Shown here one piece after another: positions 8,001-16,021 of a DNA stretch of 21,265 nt. The notes beneath the pieces were generated by a model. That model did not search any database and had not been told where the DNA came from. It saw nothing but the letters and a program-made list of their open reading frames with translations. A program made the position numbers and the translations under genes. Origin of the DNA: Hormoscilla sp. (lineage in GTDB: Bacteria; Cyanobacteriota; Cyanobacteriia; Cyanobacteriales; Desertifilaceae). The stretch spans positions 1 through 21,265 of the forward strand of contig JBFRWI010000067.1 in assembly GCA_051439505.1 (NCBI GenBank), written 5' to 3'. Each line of letters begins with the position of its first letter. Position 1 is the stretch's first letter.

Positions 8001-11000
8001 TGGACTAAAACTAATATCTGAAACCTGATTCAATGGATCGCGTCCTTCTTGATTAATAATTATCCTACTCAGCCAATCGTTGCCAAGAACCCTATTGTGA
8101 ATCATGGTGTGGAGTAAATTGCCATCCAGAGTCCAGAGTTTAGCGGATTCGTCCGTACCAGCAGAGGCAATCATTTTACTATCAGGACTAAACTTCAAAC
8201 TACGAATTGGTCCGTCATGCCCTTTGAAAGACTTGATTAGTTCACCATCCAAGTTCCAAAGTTTAATGATTCCCTCGCTATCTTTTTCGTGTTCTGGGGC
8301 AATAGCTGAGGCAACAGTTTGCCCGTCAGAGCTAAAATCTATTGCCCATACGGGATTCTGATTTGGTATAGATTTAATTAAAGTACCGTCTCTACTCCAG
8401 AGTTTGATTGTGCCATCAGCACTAGATGAAGCAATAGTTTGCCCATCAGGGCTGAACTTAACTTGAACTATACGATCGCTATGTCCTTCCCACCGAATCC
8501 GTTCTCTCACCTCGTGAGTTGCTTGTTGCAAGGCAGTCAAAACTTGAATTCTGGTATCCGTATCAATTGGCACAAGTTTTGAGCGTTGTAGCAGTCTCCC
8601 AGCCTCTAAGCTTTTCATCAGCGCATCTAAGCCTCGATTTGAGTTTAAGAGGTTTTCTGAAGTAGTATTGAGAACGCGAAGGGTTGCATTGGTCTCTTTT
8701 ATTACAGCCCGCATCCATTGCCAAGTCGCAATACCTGCTAAACTGGAAGCAACTGCCAAACCAGCCGTCAGCCCCCCAATAATCCGCCGCTGCAAGCGTT
8801 TCCGTTGTTGCTTTTCCCGATCGCGCAACTCCAAACTAAACTGCACAAAAACCCGCTCAGCGGGAGCAATTTCCTCATTTCTTTCCTGCAACCAACCTTC
8901 CGCCTCACCCAGGGGTACGCCTCTCAGCAAAATTCCCTCATCATTCTCTTTCTCCTCCCATTCCCGCATTTTCGCCCGCAACCCTTCTTGCCAACTGCGA
9001 AACTCCCGATCGCCCTTCATCCACTCCTTCAACCGTTCCCAACCGCCAATCAGCGCCTCGTGGACAATTTCCACAGTTTCGTCCCCAGAAACAAGATTGC
9101 GATCGGTCACCACCAACCGGGCCTCTTGTGACGCCAACCCCGTCACCAAATCCCAATTTTTTTCACCCACATCAGCGCGAGTCGCCAACCTGCGGGTATC
9201 TTGCGTCCCTTCACCAGGCTGAATTAGCTGCACGAACACCCGCCGCGCCCGATCGCGATCGGGCTCACTCAAGTGCTTATAAACATTTTCCGCATGATTG
9301 CCCAGAGACTCTGTTACACCGCCAATCTCATCATAAGCCCGAGAAGTCAGCAGACCAGATTTCTGTTTATACCACAATTGTTCCAAAGTAAAGGCCAGCA
9401 AAGGTAAATTGTTACCTGCCACATCCAATTCATTAATCAAGCGTTCCTGCAAACCCTCCTCAAGCAGCACGTTCAGCTTCTCGGCAGGCAAAACAATAGC
9501 ATCGGAGAGTTCCTCCCGTTTCATCGGACCCAAGTTATGACAAGCACCCTGCAACGCATCAGCAAAAGGACGGTAAGACATGGCATATCCATAGAAATCA
9601 GCCCGCAACGTAATCAGGAGAGTAAAGCAAGCAGCATCCTTAACCGCCTTCAGCAAACAATCCAAGAAATACCGTTGTTTCTCTTCATCTGGGCAGAGAG
9701 TATAGAGTTCCTCAAACTGGTCCGCCACCAACAGCAATCGTCGCGAGTCTGGCCGCACAATCGATTCTACCACATCTTTTAACGCCCCAACTCCTTGCTG
9801 AAGATCATCAGCCAGTTGCCGAATCTCAGATTCATTTCCTCCATCTCCATCTTCCGTGCCATCACCTGTCAATGGTAGCAGTGCCGCAGCCAAATTTGCA
9901 AACGGACCCTTGCCAGGACGGAAAGAAACAACGTGCCAAATTCCCTTCTCTCGCAAACCAGGAATAAGACCCGCAAAAACCACCGAAGACTTGCCACTCC
10001 CGGAAGCGCCAATAACTGCCACTAGGGATTTTCTTCTCACCGCAGGTCCCAGCAACTCCGTAAACGCCTCTCGCCCAAAGAAAAAAGGCGCGTGTTCTTC
10101 CCCGAAAGCCCGCAAACCCCGGTAAGGACAAGGAGGAATACCTCCCAACATCTGCCAAGTCAGGGAAGTTTCAGCCGGGTTTTGGCAGATAACTGGCAAC
10201 CAACTAGCACAGGGAAATTCATCCTCGAAAATCTGTAACCGCCGCCGCGCATCCCTCACCGCAGCATACAAAGACTTGCCCTGAGTAAATTCTTCCAGAA
10301 AATATCTTAAAAATAGAGGCGCTAGAGGAACTGGCAACAAATCCCGCATCACAATCACCTGGGGCAAATGTAAATTTTCCCCATCTGCCAACTGATATGC
10401 CAATCCCAAGCCACGGCAGGCATTGAAAATAGCCAACTTCAACCCATAATCTATCGCTCTTTTGAGATGATTCTTGATATCCGATACTTTTAGCCAATCT
10501 TCTTTGTTAATTAAAATTTTACCTACCTGGCCCTCATCCGAGGTTTCACCATGTCCCGCATAGAAGAGAATATCCCACTCTTGCCTCCATAGGGGTTCAT
10601 CTAAATCCCGGCGTTGCGGTTGGTGTAGCCAGGTAACCTCGGCATTGATCTTTTGTGCCAGTTCCTCAATTTCCTGTACTTGTTTCTCAATTGCCTCTGC
10701 TTCTTCGTTATTCTTGTTATAATCTCCCAAAATTATCAAAATTTTTGTCTTCTGCTTTGACTCTGAGTCTGCTACTTGCTTCACTCCCTTAAACTTAGGC
10801 GAACTGAGGGCAACTTCTGCCTCGGGAAAATCCCGGATTAGCGTCCATTCCTGCCAAGGCAGTTTTCGCAACCAATGATTATCCGTTTCCAGCAGCACCC
10901 TAATTTCCTCATCTGCCTTTAAGTGGTTGCGCAACAACGAATCTATGGGACGAAATTCCCTATCTTCCAGCCACCCATTCAAGCTACTTTTCAAATCAGC

Positions 11001-11297
11001 CGTCACTTTCCTGCAATCATCACCAGCCTTTTTCTTCGCCTTTTCTTCATCCCGAGAATTCGTAACAGAAGCCTGTCGCTTTAGAGCGAATTCTTTTTTG
11101 ACTACCTTCTGATATATCTTCTGCCAGTCGCCGATTTGTTTCCGCAGGTGGGGCGCTGCCGGTAACCTGCCCGTCCTTTGGGCGATCGCCCGTTCCGAGG
11201 CTACCGGCGATCGGGCATTATCTTCCCTTATTTCTGCTCTTACCGAGAACCCCTCGTCAAAATTACCATCTATATATATGTTAACCAACTTAGCCAT
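5052..11297 (-). CDS. CHAT (caspase-like) protease - nSTAND1 NTPase - hydrophobic helix - WD40 repeats (~21) - TPR protein (NLR-like)
   Basis: CHAT dyad FYAGHG (His codon 10551-10553) and IFNACRG (Cys codon 10416-10418). CPYRGL motif, Walker A GASGSGKSS, Walker B LLVADQFEELYT, LPLLAFTLEQLW and VEIVHEALI. Hydrophobic IIGGLTAGLAVASSLAGIATWQW. About 21 FSPDG..KLW repeats (~5735-8500). C-terminal TPR (CEKAVEL..WDSRGLARALTGD). GAGGTG RBS. Confidence 0.95.
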   Translation of the reverse strand: MAKLVNIYIDGNFDEGFSVRAEIREDNARSPVASERAIAQRTGRLPAAPHLRKQIGDWQKIYQKVVKKEFALKRQASVTNSRDEEKAKKKAGDDCRKVTADLKSSLNGWLEDREFRPIDSLLRNHLKADEEIRVLLETDNHWLRKLPWQEWTLIRDFPEAEVALSSPKFKGVKQVADSESKQKTKILIILGDYNKNNEEAEAIEKQVQEIEELAQKINAEVTWLHQPQRRDLDEPLWRQEWDILFYAGHGETSDEGQVGKILINKEDWLKVSDIKNHLKRAIDYGLKLAIFNACRGLGLAYQLADGENLHLPQVIVMRDLLPVPLAPLFLRYFLEEFTQGKSLYAAVRDARRRLQIFEDEFPCASWLPVICQNPAETSLTWQMLGGIPPCPYRGLRAFGEEHAPFFFGREAFTELLGPAVRRKSLVAVIGASGSGKSSVVFAGLIPGLREKGIWHVVSFRPGKGPFANLAAALLPLTGDGTEDGDGGNESEIRQLADDLQQGVGALKDVVESIVRPDSRRLLLVADQFEELYTLCPDEEKQRYFLDCLLKAVKDAACFTLLITLRADFYGYAMSYRPFADALQGACHNLGPMKREELSDAIVLPAEKLNVLLEEGLQERLINELDVAGNNLPLLAFTLEQLWYKQKSGLLTSRAYDEIGGVTESLGNHAENVYKHLSEPDRDRARRVFVQLIQPGEGTQDTRRLATRADVGEKNWDLVTGLASQEARLVVTDRNLVSGDETVEIVHEALIGGWERLKEWMKGDREFRSWQEGLRAKMREWEEKENDEGILLRGVPLGEAEGWLQERNEEIAPAERVFVQFSLELRDREKQQRKRLQRRIIGGLTAGLAVASSLAGIATWQWMRAVIKETNATLRVLNTTSENLLNSNRGLDALMKSLEAGRLLQRSKLVPIDTDTRIQVLTALQQATHEVRERIRWEGHSDRIVQVKFSPDGQTIASSSADGTIKLWSRDGTLIKSIPNQNPVWAIDFSSDGQTVASAIAPEHEKDSEGIIKLWNLDGELIKSFKGHDGPIRSLKFSPDSKMIASAGTDESAKLWTLDGNLLHTMIHNRVLGNDWLSRIIINQEGRDPLNQVSDISFSPDGQTIATAHWGGKIYLWSLEGELLQTIPHESAISVIFSPDGQIVASGNSRGVIKLWSRDGNLLQILEHNSAAVNEIVSLRFSPDSQVIATAAEDGSVKLWSRNGTLLETFQGHDGPASYVSFSYDGKTLVSSGYDNTIRIWSFNRPLFPVIQGHNNRVEHINFSPDDRIIATSSRDQTIKLWSHNGILLSILQKSEIPYVYNRVSEAMRPNMGAVIPPPSQVVNFSPDSNIIATSDWSDIKFWSRDGKYLATLNGGSVCGDVEFNTDGHSVAWTSHSHNETSPLIDTVIVRSIEGRQIAILEGHRGIEGVSFSPDKKMIATLDRDRIVKIWNLDGTLLKTFSPHRSTTSINFSPKGKIIATSGRDGKIKLWSLDGQLLQTIEHGDTVLDASFSPDGQMIVSGGSDSTIKLWSLNGREIKTIKGHNDLISSVSFSPDGKIIASGGHDNTIKLWSLNGREIKTIQGHDGIVSKVRFSPDGQTIVSSSYDNTVKLWSLDGRLLKTIQNSGACHSVAFSPDGQMIVAAGDRVTLWSREGKQLKVLNGHVGYVSNLIFSKDSKKIISVDNIEVKLWNIDGTLEKTIRLSRKDRRKYNQEDNIGIKTTLHSEYVKDFSISPDLEIMASASYDGTVKLWEQDGTLIATLQHNATVTAVTFSPNGQILASASEDKTVKLWSREGKELRTLRGHSASISDVIFSPDGKLIATASYDKTVKLWTLEGQLIKKLQHSQVITGLSFSSDGKTLAAGTSDGTVFLWNLDLNSLLAYACNWVDDYLRNPHANLSQDERNLCNGISTLVPEGEELARIGNIDGAILKFREALRQNPRLQFDPERKARFLAAPAKLEEGIKLAREDKIEQAISAYAEVQKLNPAIISAESWNALCWNGSLYNHAAEVIDYCEKAVELQPESGYWWDSRGLARALTGDTEGAIDDFQAFIDWIDNTDPQTEDQKVQFEKWKLRRQGWIDALRAGENPFTEEVLNSLLSE

Positions 11298-11337
11298 CGA
11301 TCCACCTCACTTATCCCTTACTTATATATTATATCCT

Positions 11338-11516
11338 CGTTGCTAGTTTCTAGCTAGCAACGTTTTTCTGAGGCTCTGCCTCCCGCTTCTTTCTGACGAT
11401 CGCGGAACTCCACCTTCTCTTACCTTAACCCACCCGATAACATCTTGTCAAGTATACCGCAAATTTTTCTGTGACCGATGCGCGTTCCCTGCCTGAGTCG
11501 CCTGAGTCAGGGAACG
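11338..11516. repeat. Split REP-like element (CGTT..AACG hairpins + GAGGCTCTGCCTC)
   Basis: Hairpin CGTTGCTAG/CTAGCAACG (11338-11362), GAGGCTCTGCCTC (11370-11382) and hairpin CGTTCCCTG/CAGGGAACG (11483-11516). Confidence 0.6.
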
Positions 11517-11592
11517 ACGTAACGGAACCCTACCTTCCATTACCTTAACCCATCCGACAACATCTTGTCAACTATACCGCAAATTTTTCTGT
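11403..11592 (-). promoter_or_regulatory. 70-bp direct duplication carrying two putative sigma70-type promoters upstream of the CHAT-STAND gene
   Basis: 11403-11472 and 11523-11592 match at 63/70 positions with a 120-bp period. On the minus strand each copy reads TTGACA-N18-TAAGGT. Confidence 0.6.
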
Positions 11593-12621
11593 CGCGATCG
11601 CCTCTCCCAATACCAGTCTAACAGTAAATTCATCTTCCGGCTCTGCATCAAACCTACATTGGATCCATTCATCGGCACTTCTAGCCGCAACCTCTTCAAA
11701 AACCTCCTCCTCGCCATCGGCATCAACCAGTACCTGCAATTGGATATTTTCTGGTAAATAGCTGTCCTCGCCGGTGGGATACAGCTTGAGTTTGACAGTA
11801 ACAGTATCTTCGCTTTCCCGCGTCAGGTCGATCAGTAAAACAACAGCGTGACTGAGCAAGTCCGCCCTCCAGTTAATCAGTTTAGCACGTTCCAGGCGAT
11901 CGCCAAACACAGTTGCAGTTAACTGCTGTGGAGTCAGCAAATCTTCCACCTGCTGCCAACCCGCTGCAAAGATCCCTCGAAACCACTCACTTAACTTTAC
12001 CTTAATCGGACCCTGCTGCACGTCCAGAACGGTCAATCCCAATCTCTCCGAAAGTACCCCCTCCTCATACAAAGCCTGAAGGCGATCGCAGGCCCTTTTG
12101 GATCCTTGCCAAAATACCACGATACTACCCCTCTCAATTCTTTGTATCGTCACCTGGTTAGCCCCGACAATTTCCCGAGCATTTTCTTCCAATTCTCGCA
12201 AAACCGCCTCTGAGACCTCAGCATCTATCCACACGATCAACGTGGTCTCATCTGGGGCCTCTTCATTCCGACGATAACCCCTGTTCAAGAATTGGATAAT
12301 TGGGTCTCTCCAATCAGAAGGTCTTTGTCCAGTCAATCTTTCTATGCAGTGATATAATCCTCCCTTTTTGGACAATGCCACTCTGGTGCTGTTAGCTGGT
12401 TTATAAATTATATCAGCTATTTGCTCTGGGTTCTTGCCAGCCAGCAATAGGCAAACATACTGTTTCTCCCAGTCCGCCAGACCCCTCTCGCCGTTAAGTA
12501 GCCGGTGTTTTGCTTCCAGATCTTCGATTAACTTTGTAATTTTCCAAGTCTTTGCTGTTTCTTGGCAGCAGTCAGGAAGATTAGGACACATTATTGGCTT
12601 ACTCTGAATCGCTGTATTCAT
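11572..12621 (-). CDS. HTH + TRADD-N-like + DUF1822 C-terminal domain protein
   Basis: N-terminal LADWEKQYVCLLLAGKNPEQIADIIYK...RVALSK..LYHCIERLTG resembles the cyanobacterial N-terminal HTH. The middle has TIQRIERGSIVVFW...LQALYEEGVL. The C-terminal VKLSEWF..GWQ...RAKLI...LYPTG..YLPEN...ARSADEWIQ..F....DEFTVRL...EKFAV is the DUF1822 C-terminal half. Confidence 0.75.
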   Translation of the reverse strand: MNTAIQSKPIMCPNLPDCCQETAKTWKITKLIEDLEAKHRLLNGERGLADWEKQYVCLLLAGKNPEQIADIIYKPANSTRVALSKKGGLYHCIERLTGQRPSDWRDPIIQFLNRGYRRNEEAPDETTLIVWIDAEVSEAVLRELEENAREIVGANQVTIQRIERGSIVVFWQGSKRACDRLQALYEEGVLSERLGLTVLDVQQGPIKVKLSEWFRGIFAAGWQQVEDLLTPQQLTATVFGDRLERAKLINWRADLLSHAVVLLIDLTRESEDTVTVKLKLYPTGEDSYLPENIQLQVLVDADGEEEVFEEVAARSADEWIQCRFDAEPEDEFTVRLVLGEAIATEKFAV

Positions 12622-12645
12622 GATTTAACCATCTTCTGTACCAAT

Positions 12646-12872
12646 ATAGCACAGTTCAACTCCGCTTATCCAACCATTACCGAGAATAGCACAGCTTGCT
12701 AATAACGAACATTATCAATTTTAATAATATTCATTAACTTCCGAGCTAGTCGCTACGATCGACAGCTTGCCAATAATGAGCATTATCAATTTTGATAACG
12801 CACATATAATCACCAGCAGTTAGGCTAAATTTAGTGACAGGAAGATAGCAGCATTTACTAATGAACATTACC
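12646..12872. promoter_or_regulatory. Tandem palindromic operator-like repeats in the divergent intergenic region
   Basis: 12691-12727 and 12762-12798 match at 33/37 positions. Each approximates the palindrome AATGAACATTATCAA-TT-TTGATAATGTTCATT. A third half-site TAATGAACATTA is at 12859-12870. ATAGCACAG occurs at 12646 and 12686. Confidence 0.6.
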
Positions 12873-12989
12873 TCGATCGCTAATCTCTATATCTCTCCAG
12901 ATAATTATGGTAGGGATAAGAGGTAAAATCCGCCTCTCACTAATACTAGCTCGAACAAATAGGTCGTTTTTAAGTTAGGAGAAGTCCCA

Positions 12990-13343
12990 ATGACAACTTT
13001 ATCTCTCGCTGAAGCTGAAGCAAAAGCTCGTGACATTGTTAACGGCTATTCTACCGGTGCTGCCGGTATTGGCTGGGTGCCAGGGTCTTGCGCTGTTCTA
13101 ACTCCAATGCAGGGAAAAATGGTAGCTGACATTGCACATTGTTTTGGAGTTCATTCTTACGACGCCCAAATGGTTTTGACTGTTGTAGGTACGAACTTAA
13201 CTGGTCATGTCGTAGCAGATGGTTTGCTTTCGATGCTCCCTGGGATTGGTTGGGCTATCAAAGCAGGTGTAGCTGCTTCCATTACCAAAGCTGCCGGGGA
13301 GATTATCATTGACTATTTCAGGGAGAGGTCTCCTTATATTTAA
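12990..13343 (+). CDS. DUF697 (YcjF-like) small protein
   Basis: ARDIVNGYSTGAAGIGWVPG...LTPMQGKMVADIAHCFG...LPGIGWAIKAGVAASITKAAGE is the DUF697 pattern. AGGAG RBS. Confidence 0.8.
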   Translation: MTTLSLAEAEAKARDIVNGYSTGAAGIGWVPGSCAVLTPMQGKMVADIAHCFGVHSYDAQMVLTVVGTNLTGHVVADGLLSMLPGIGWAIKAGVAASITKAAGEIIIDYFRERSPYI

Positions 13344-13458
13344 ACCCAGTTGGTGCGAATGTCAATCTAAATAACGCATCTTCATTAGGCTCGCCGCAGA
13401 GGAAACTCCATTGACAGGGGGTTTCCTCTCCATGAAATTTTACCAGGAAAAACAGCTC

Positions 13459-13782
13459 ATGAATAACAAAGTCTTGATTCCCGCATTGATCGGAAGCTTG
13501 ATGCCAGCAGCTTCTGTCTCGATCTTCGTCCGCCCAGCCCTTGCTGAAACTTTCTCTTTCACCTTTGTCCAAGGTTTTGGTTATCAAAGCGGCACCTACA
13601 AAGCAATGGTAAAATCTCCTCGGAATGGAACTCGTTACTTCGTTTGGTACGACCAGGCTATTGGTGTATATGATGGCAAAGAGGTGTTGATTAATATTGA
13701 TAGCTTAAATTATTGGACCCACATCAGCAATCCAGCTAACGGAAACATATCGAGGATCGCGAAAGTTGAAAAAGTTCAATAG
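13459..13782 (+). CDS. Secreted hypothetical protein
   Basis: MNNKVLIPALIGSLMPAASVSIFVRPALA|ET is a signal peptide with an A-x-A cleavage site. The mature part is beta/aromatic-rich. The start could also be 13432. Confidence 0.7.
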   Translation: MNNKVLIPALIGSLMPAASVSIFVRPALAETFSFTFVQGFGYQSGTYKAMVKSPRNGTRYFVWYDQAIGVYDGKEVLINIDSLNYWTHISNPANGNISRIAKVEKVQ

Positions 13783-13818
13783 GGTTTAGCAGATTTTGGC
13801 TATCCCCTTGACTCAGAT

Positions 13819-13864
13819 AAGTCCAGAAGCCCGGTTTCTCCTGCGAAACCGGGCTTCTGGACTT
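13819..13864. terminator. Perfect 20-bp-stem hairpin between convergent genes (REP-derived, probable terminator)
   Basis: AAGTCCAGAAGCCCGGTTTC-tcctgc-GAAACCGGGCTTCTGGACTT. It shares the CCGG/GAAAC core with the REP-like elements at 3781 and 4799. Confidence 0.7.
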
Positions 13865-13924
13865 TCACCAATTATTCTCCAACGGCCACTGGCCACGATC
13901 GGGCGATCGCCATCTTTTTTCTGA

Positions 13925-13977
13925 AAGCCCGCGCAGGCGGGCTTAGTTCATGTAGCCGGACCCTTTAGGGTTCGGGC
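13925..13977. repeat. Double-hairpin REP-like element
   Basis: AAGCCCGC-gcag-GCGGGCTT followed by GTAG and GCCGGACCCT-tt-AGGGTTCGGGC. Confidence 0.6.
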
Positions 13978-13994
13978 GCGTGGTAGCTTCAGAT

Positions 13995-15803
13995 CTAATT
14001 ATCCTTCAGCTTAAAATAAGCCTCCAACACCTGACGCACGATCGGGCCAGCAACACTCCCGCCACCGCCACCAGAATTTTCCCCAAAAGCCACCACCACA
14101 ATTTCCGGCTTATCCAGAGGTCCATAGGCACCAAACCAAGTATGAACCTTACGGGGAGGGTCTTCAGCCGTCCCACTCTTACCCGCCGTCGGCGGCAGAT
14201 GTGGCACATTCATCACCGTCCCAGTGCCCCAAGTCACCACCCAGCGCAAACCTACTTGTAGAGTTTCCAAAGTAGAGGGACTCAGATTCAAAGGCACTCG
14301 GGAATTCTGCGCCTCAGAATTCTGGCGCAAATGAGGCGTAACCCGATAGCCCCCATTAGCCACCGCCGCAAACATCACCCCCACCTGCAAAGGGGAAGCT
14401 TGCAGAAACCCCTGACCGATCGACATATTCACAGTATCCCCGTGATACCAATCTTCTGCCAATTCCAACTCCTTCCAGCGCCGATCCGCTACCAGTCCAG
14501 AAGCCTCTTCCGCACTCAACTCAATTCCCGTTTTTTCCCCAAAGCCAAACTTGCGGGCCCACTCGATCAGAGGAGGTCCACCCACATCCAGCGCTACTTG
14601 ATAAAAAAACGTGTCGCTACTCCAAGCCATCGCACCGGGAAATCCCAGCCAGCCAAACCCTTCCCGGTTCCAATCCCAGAACAGAATTGGCCCCACCCGA
14701 ATATAGGGATAGGTAGGCAAAACCGCATAAGGAGAAAACCGGCCCGACTCCAGGGCCGCAGCCGTAGTCACAATCTTGAAAGTAGAAGCCGGTGGAAACC
14801 CCTGGAGAGCCCGGTTAACAAAAGGGTCATCCTGGCTTTGCAACTGCTGCCAAGTTTTTTCACTAATCCGACTCAAGAAGATATTCGGGTCAAAAGTCGG
14901 GCGAGAGACCATCGCCAAAATCGCACCATCCTTCGGGTCCAGGGCCACTATAGCCCCCTTTTTATTTCCCAAAGCCGCCTCCGCAGCCCTTTGCAAATCC
15001 AGATCCAGAGTTAAATAGAGATCCTGCCCCGGCAGAGGCTGTTTGTAATCCAGAATCTCTACCACCTCACCGTGATTATCCACCAACACCTGGCGACCGC
15101 CCCATTTTCCCCGCAACTGGGACTCAAAGGCCGCCTCTACTCCCATCTGACCCATCTCGTCTCCGATGCGATACCCCCGGTCTTCCAGCCTATTCAGGTC
15201 TTCCTCATTCATCTGGCCCGTATAACCCAGCACGTGGGCAGCCAATTTTTTGTGAGGATATTCCCGGATGATTTCGGGATCGACCAGGATGCCCTTAAAA
15301 AAGTCCTTGTATTCGCTAAAGGTGGTTAGTTGTCCGGCGGTCAGATCCCGGGCAATCCGCAACAGATACCGAGAAGTATAAACCGAGCGATCGTCCCTTT
15401 CGCACTTACCCAAAGCGCAATCAACCCGCCGTTGAATCTCTGCTTCTGGGATTGACAGAATTTGAGACAGGCGGGCCTTTGTCTCAGGCCATTGGCGATG
15501 GCGCGTCACTGGCGGCCACAGATAGAGAGAGTAAGACAGGCGAGACGAAGCCAAGATTCTGCCCTGGCGATCGAGAATCTTGCCCCGTTCCGGTTGTTTG
15601 GGAATCACGCGAATCCGATTTTGCTCTGCTTTTCGGTGGTTGCGGTGTCCTGCCACCAGCTGCATCTGCACCAAGCGGGTACCAATTCCCCCGATCATCG
15701 CGGTAGTGATCGCCAACATCACCACCAGAGACTGGTAATAACGTCCGACAGTGCGGCGAGTCGATCTCAGAAAGCTGTGCGAGTTATATTTTACTAAGGT
15801 CAT
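13995..15803 (-). CDS. mrdA: Penicillin-binding protein 2
   Basis: N-terminal TM, PERGKILDRQG, REYP...AAHVLGY and transpeptidase motifs STFK, SSD and KSG. Confidence 0.95.
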   Translation of the reverse strand: MTLVKYNSHSFLRSTRRTVGRYYQSLVVMLAITTAMIGGIGTRLVQMQLVAGHRNHRKAEQNRIRVIPKQPERGKILDRQGRILASSRLSYSLYLWPPVTRHRQWPETKARLSQILSIPEAEIQRRVDCALGKCERDDRSVYTSRYLLRIARDLTAGQLTTFSEYKDFFKGILVDPEIIREYPHKKLAAHVLGYTGQMNEEDLNRLEDRGYRIGDEMGQMGVEAAFESQLRGKWGGRQVLVDNHGEVVEILDYKQPLPGQDLYLTLDLDLQRAAEAALGNKKGAIVALDPKDGAILAMVSRPTFDPNIFLSRISEKTWQQLQSQDDPFVNRALQGFPPASTFKIVTTAAALESGRFSPYAVLPTYPYIRVGPILFWDWNREGFGWLGFPGAMAWSSDTFFYQVALDVGGPPLIEWARKFGFGEKTGIELSAEEASGLVADRRWKELELAEDWYHGDTVNMSIGQGFLQASPLQVGVMFAAVANGGYRVTPHLRQNSEAQNSRVPLNLSPSTLETLQVGLRWVVTWGTGTVMNVPHLPPTAGKSGTAEDPPRKVHTWFGAYGPLDKPEIVVVAFGENSGGGGGSVAGPIVRQVLEAYFKLKDN

Positions 15804-16021
15804 GGCTGATTGTTCTCACGGCCTCGTCTTCGGGACTTCCCGTAACTTGAGGCTTAGAGAAGTGAGATTTCAAGTATCTGCATCTTAACCACCCCGGGCC
15901 AAATTACCAATTTAAAAAATCCTAAATTACTCCAGTACAGAGGTCCGATAGATAAAATAAACCCAGGTCTAGGATCGATCTCGCAAAAATCACCCCGACC
16001 CGTCCACATATACTCTGTCTC

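Noticed and set aside
11403..11592. Possible DGR template/variable repeat pair at the DUF1822 gene end
   Set aside because: No reverse transcriptase in the window, most of the repeat lies outside the CDS, and the 7 differences are not confined to adenines of one copy.
12691..12805. 37-bp repeat + 34-bp spacer geometry suggesting a mini CRISPR array
   Set aside because: Only two imperfect copies, no GTT.../...GAAAC-type termini, no cas genes, and an AT-rich dyad structure that fits operators better.
14331..15014. 227-aa ORF antisense to mrdA, and other antisense/alternate-frame ORFs inside the WD40 gene and pot operon
   Set aside because: Shadow ORFs of well-supported genes with no independent motifs or RBS.
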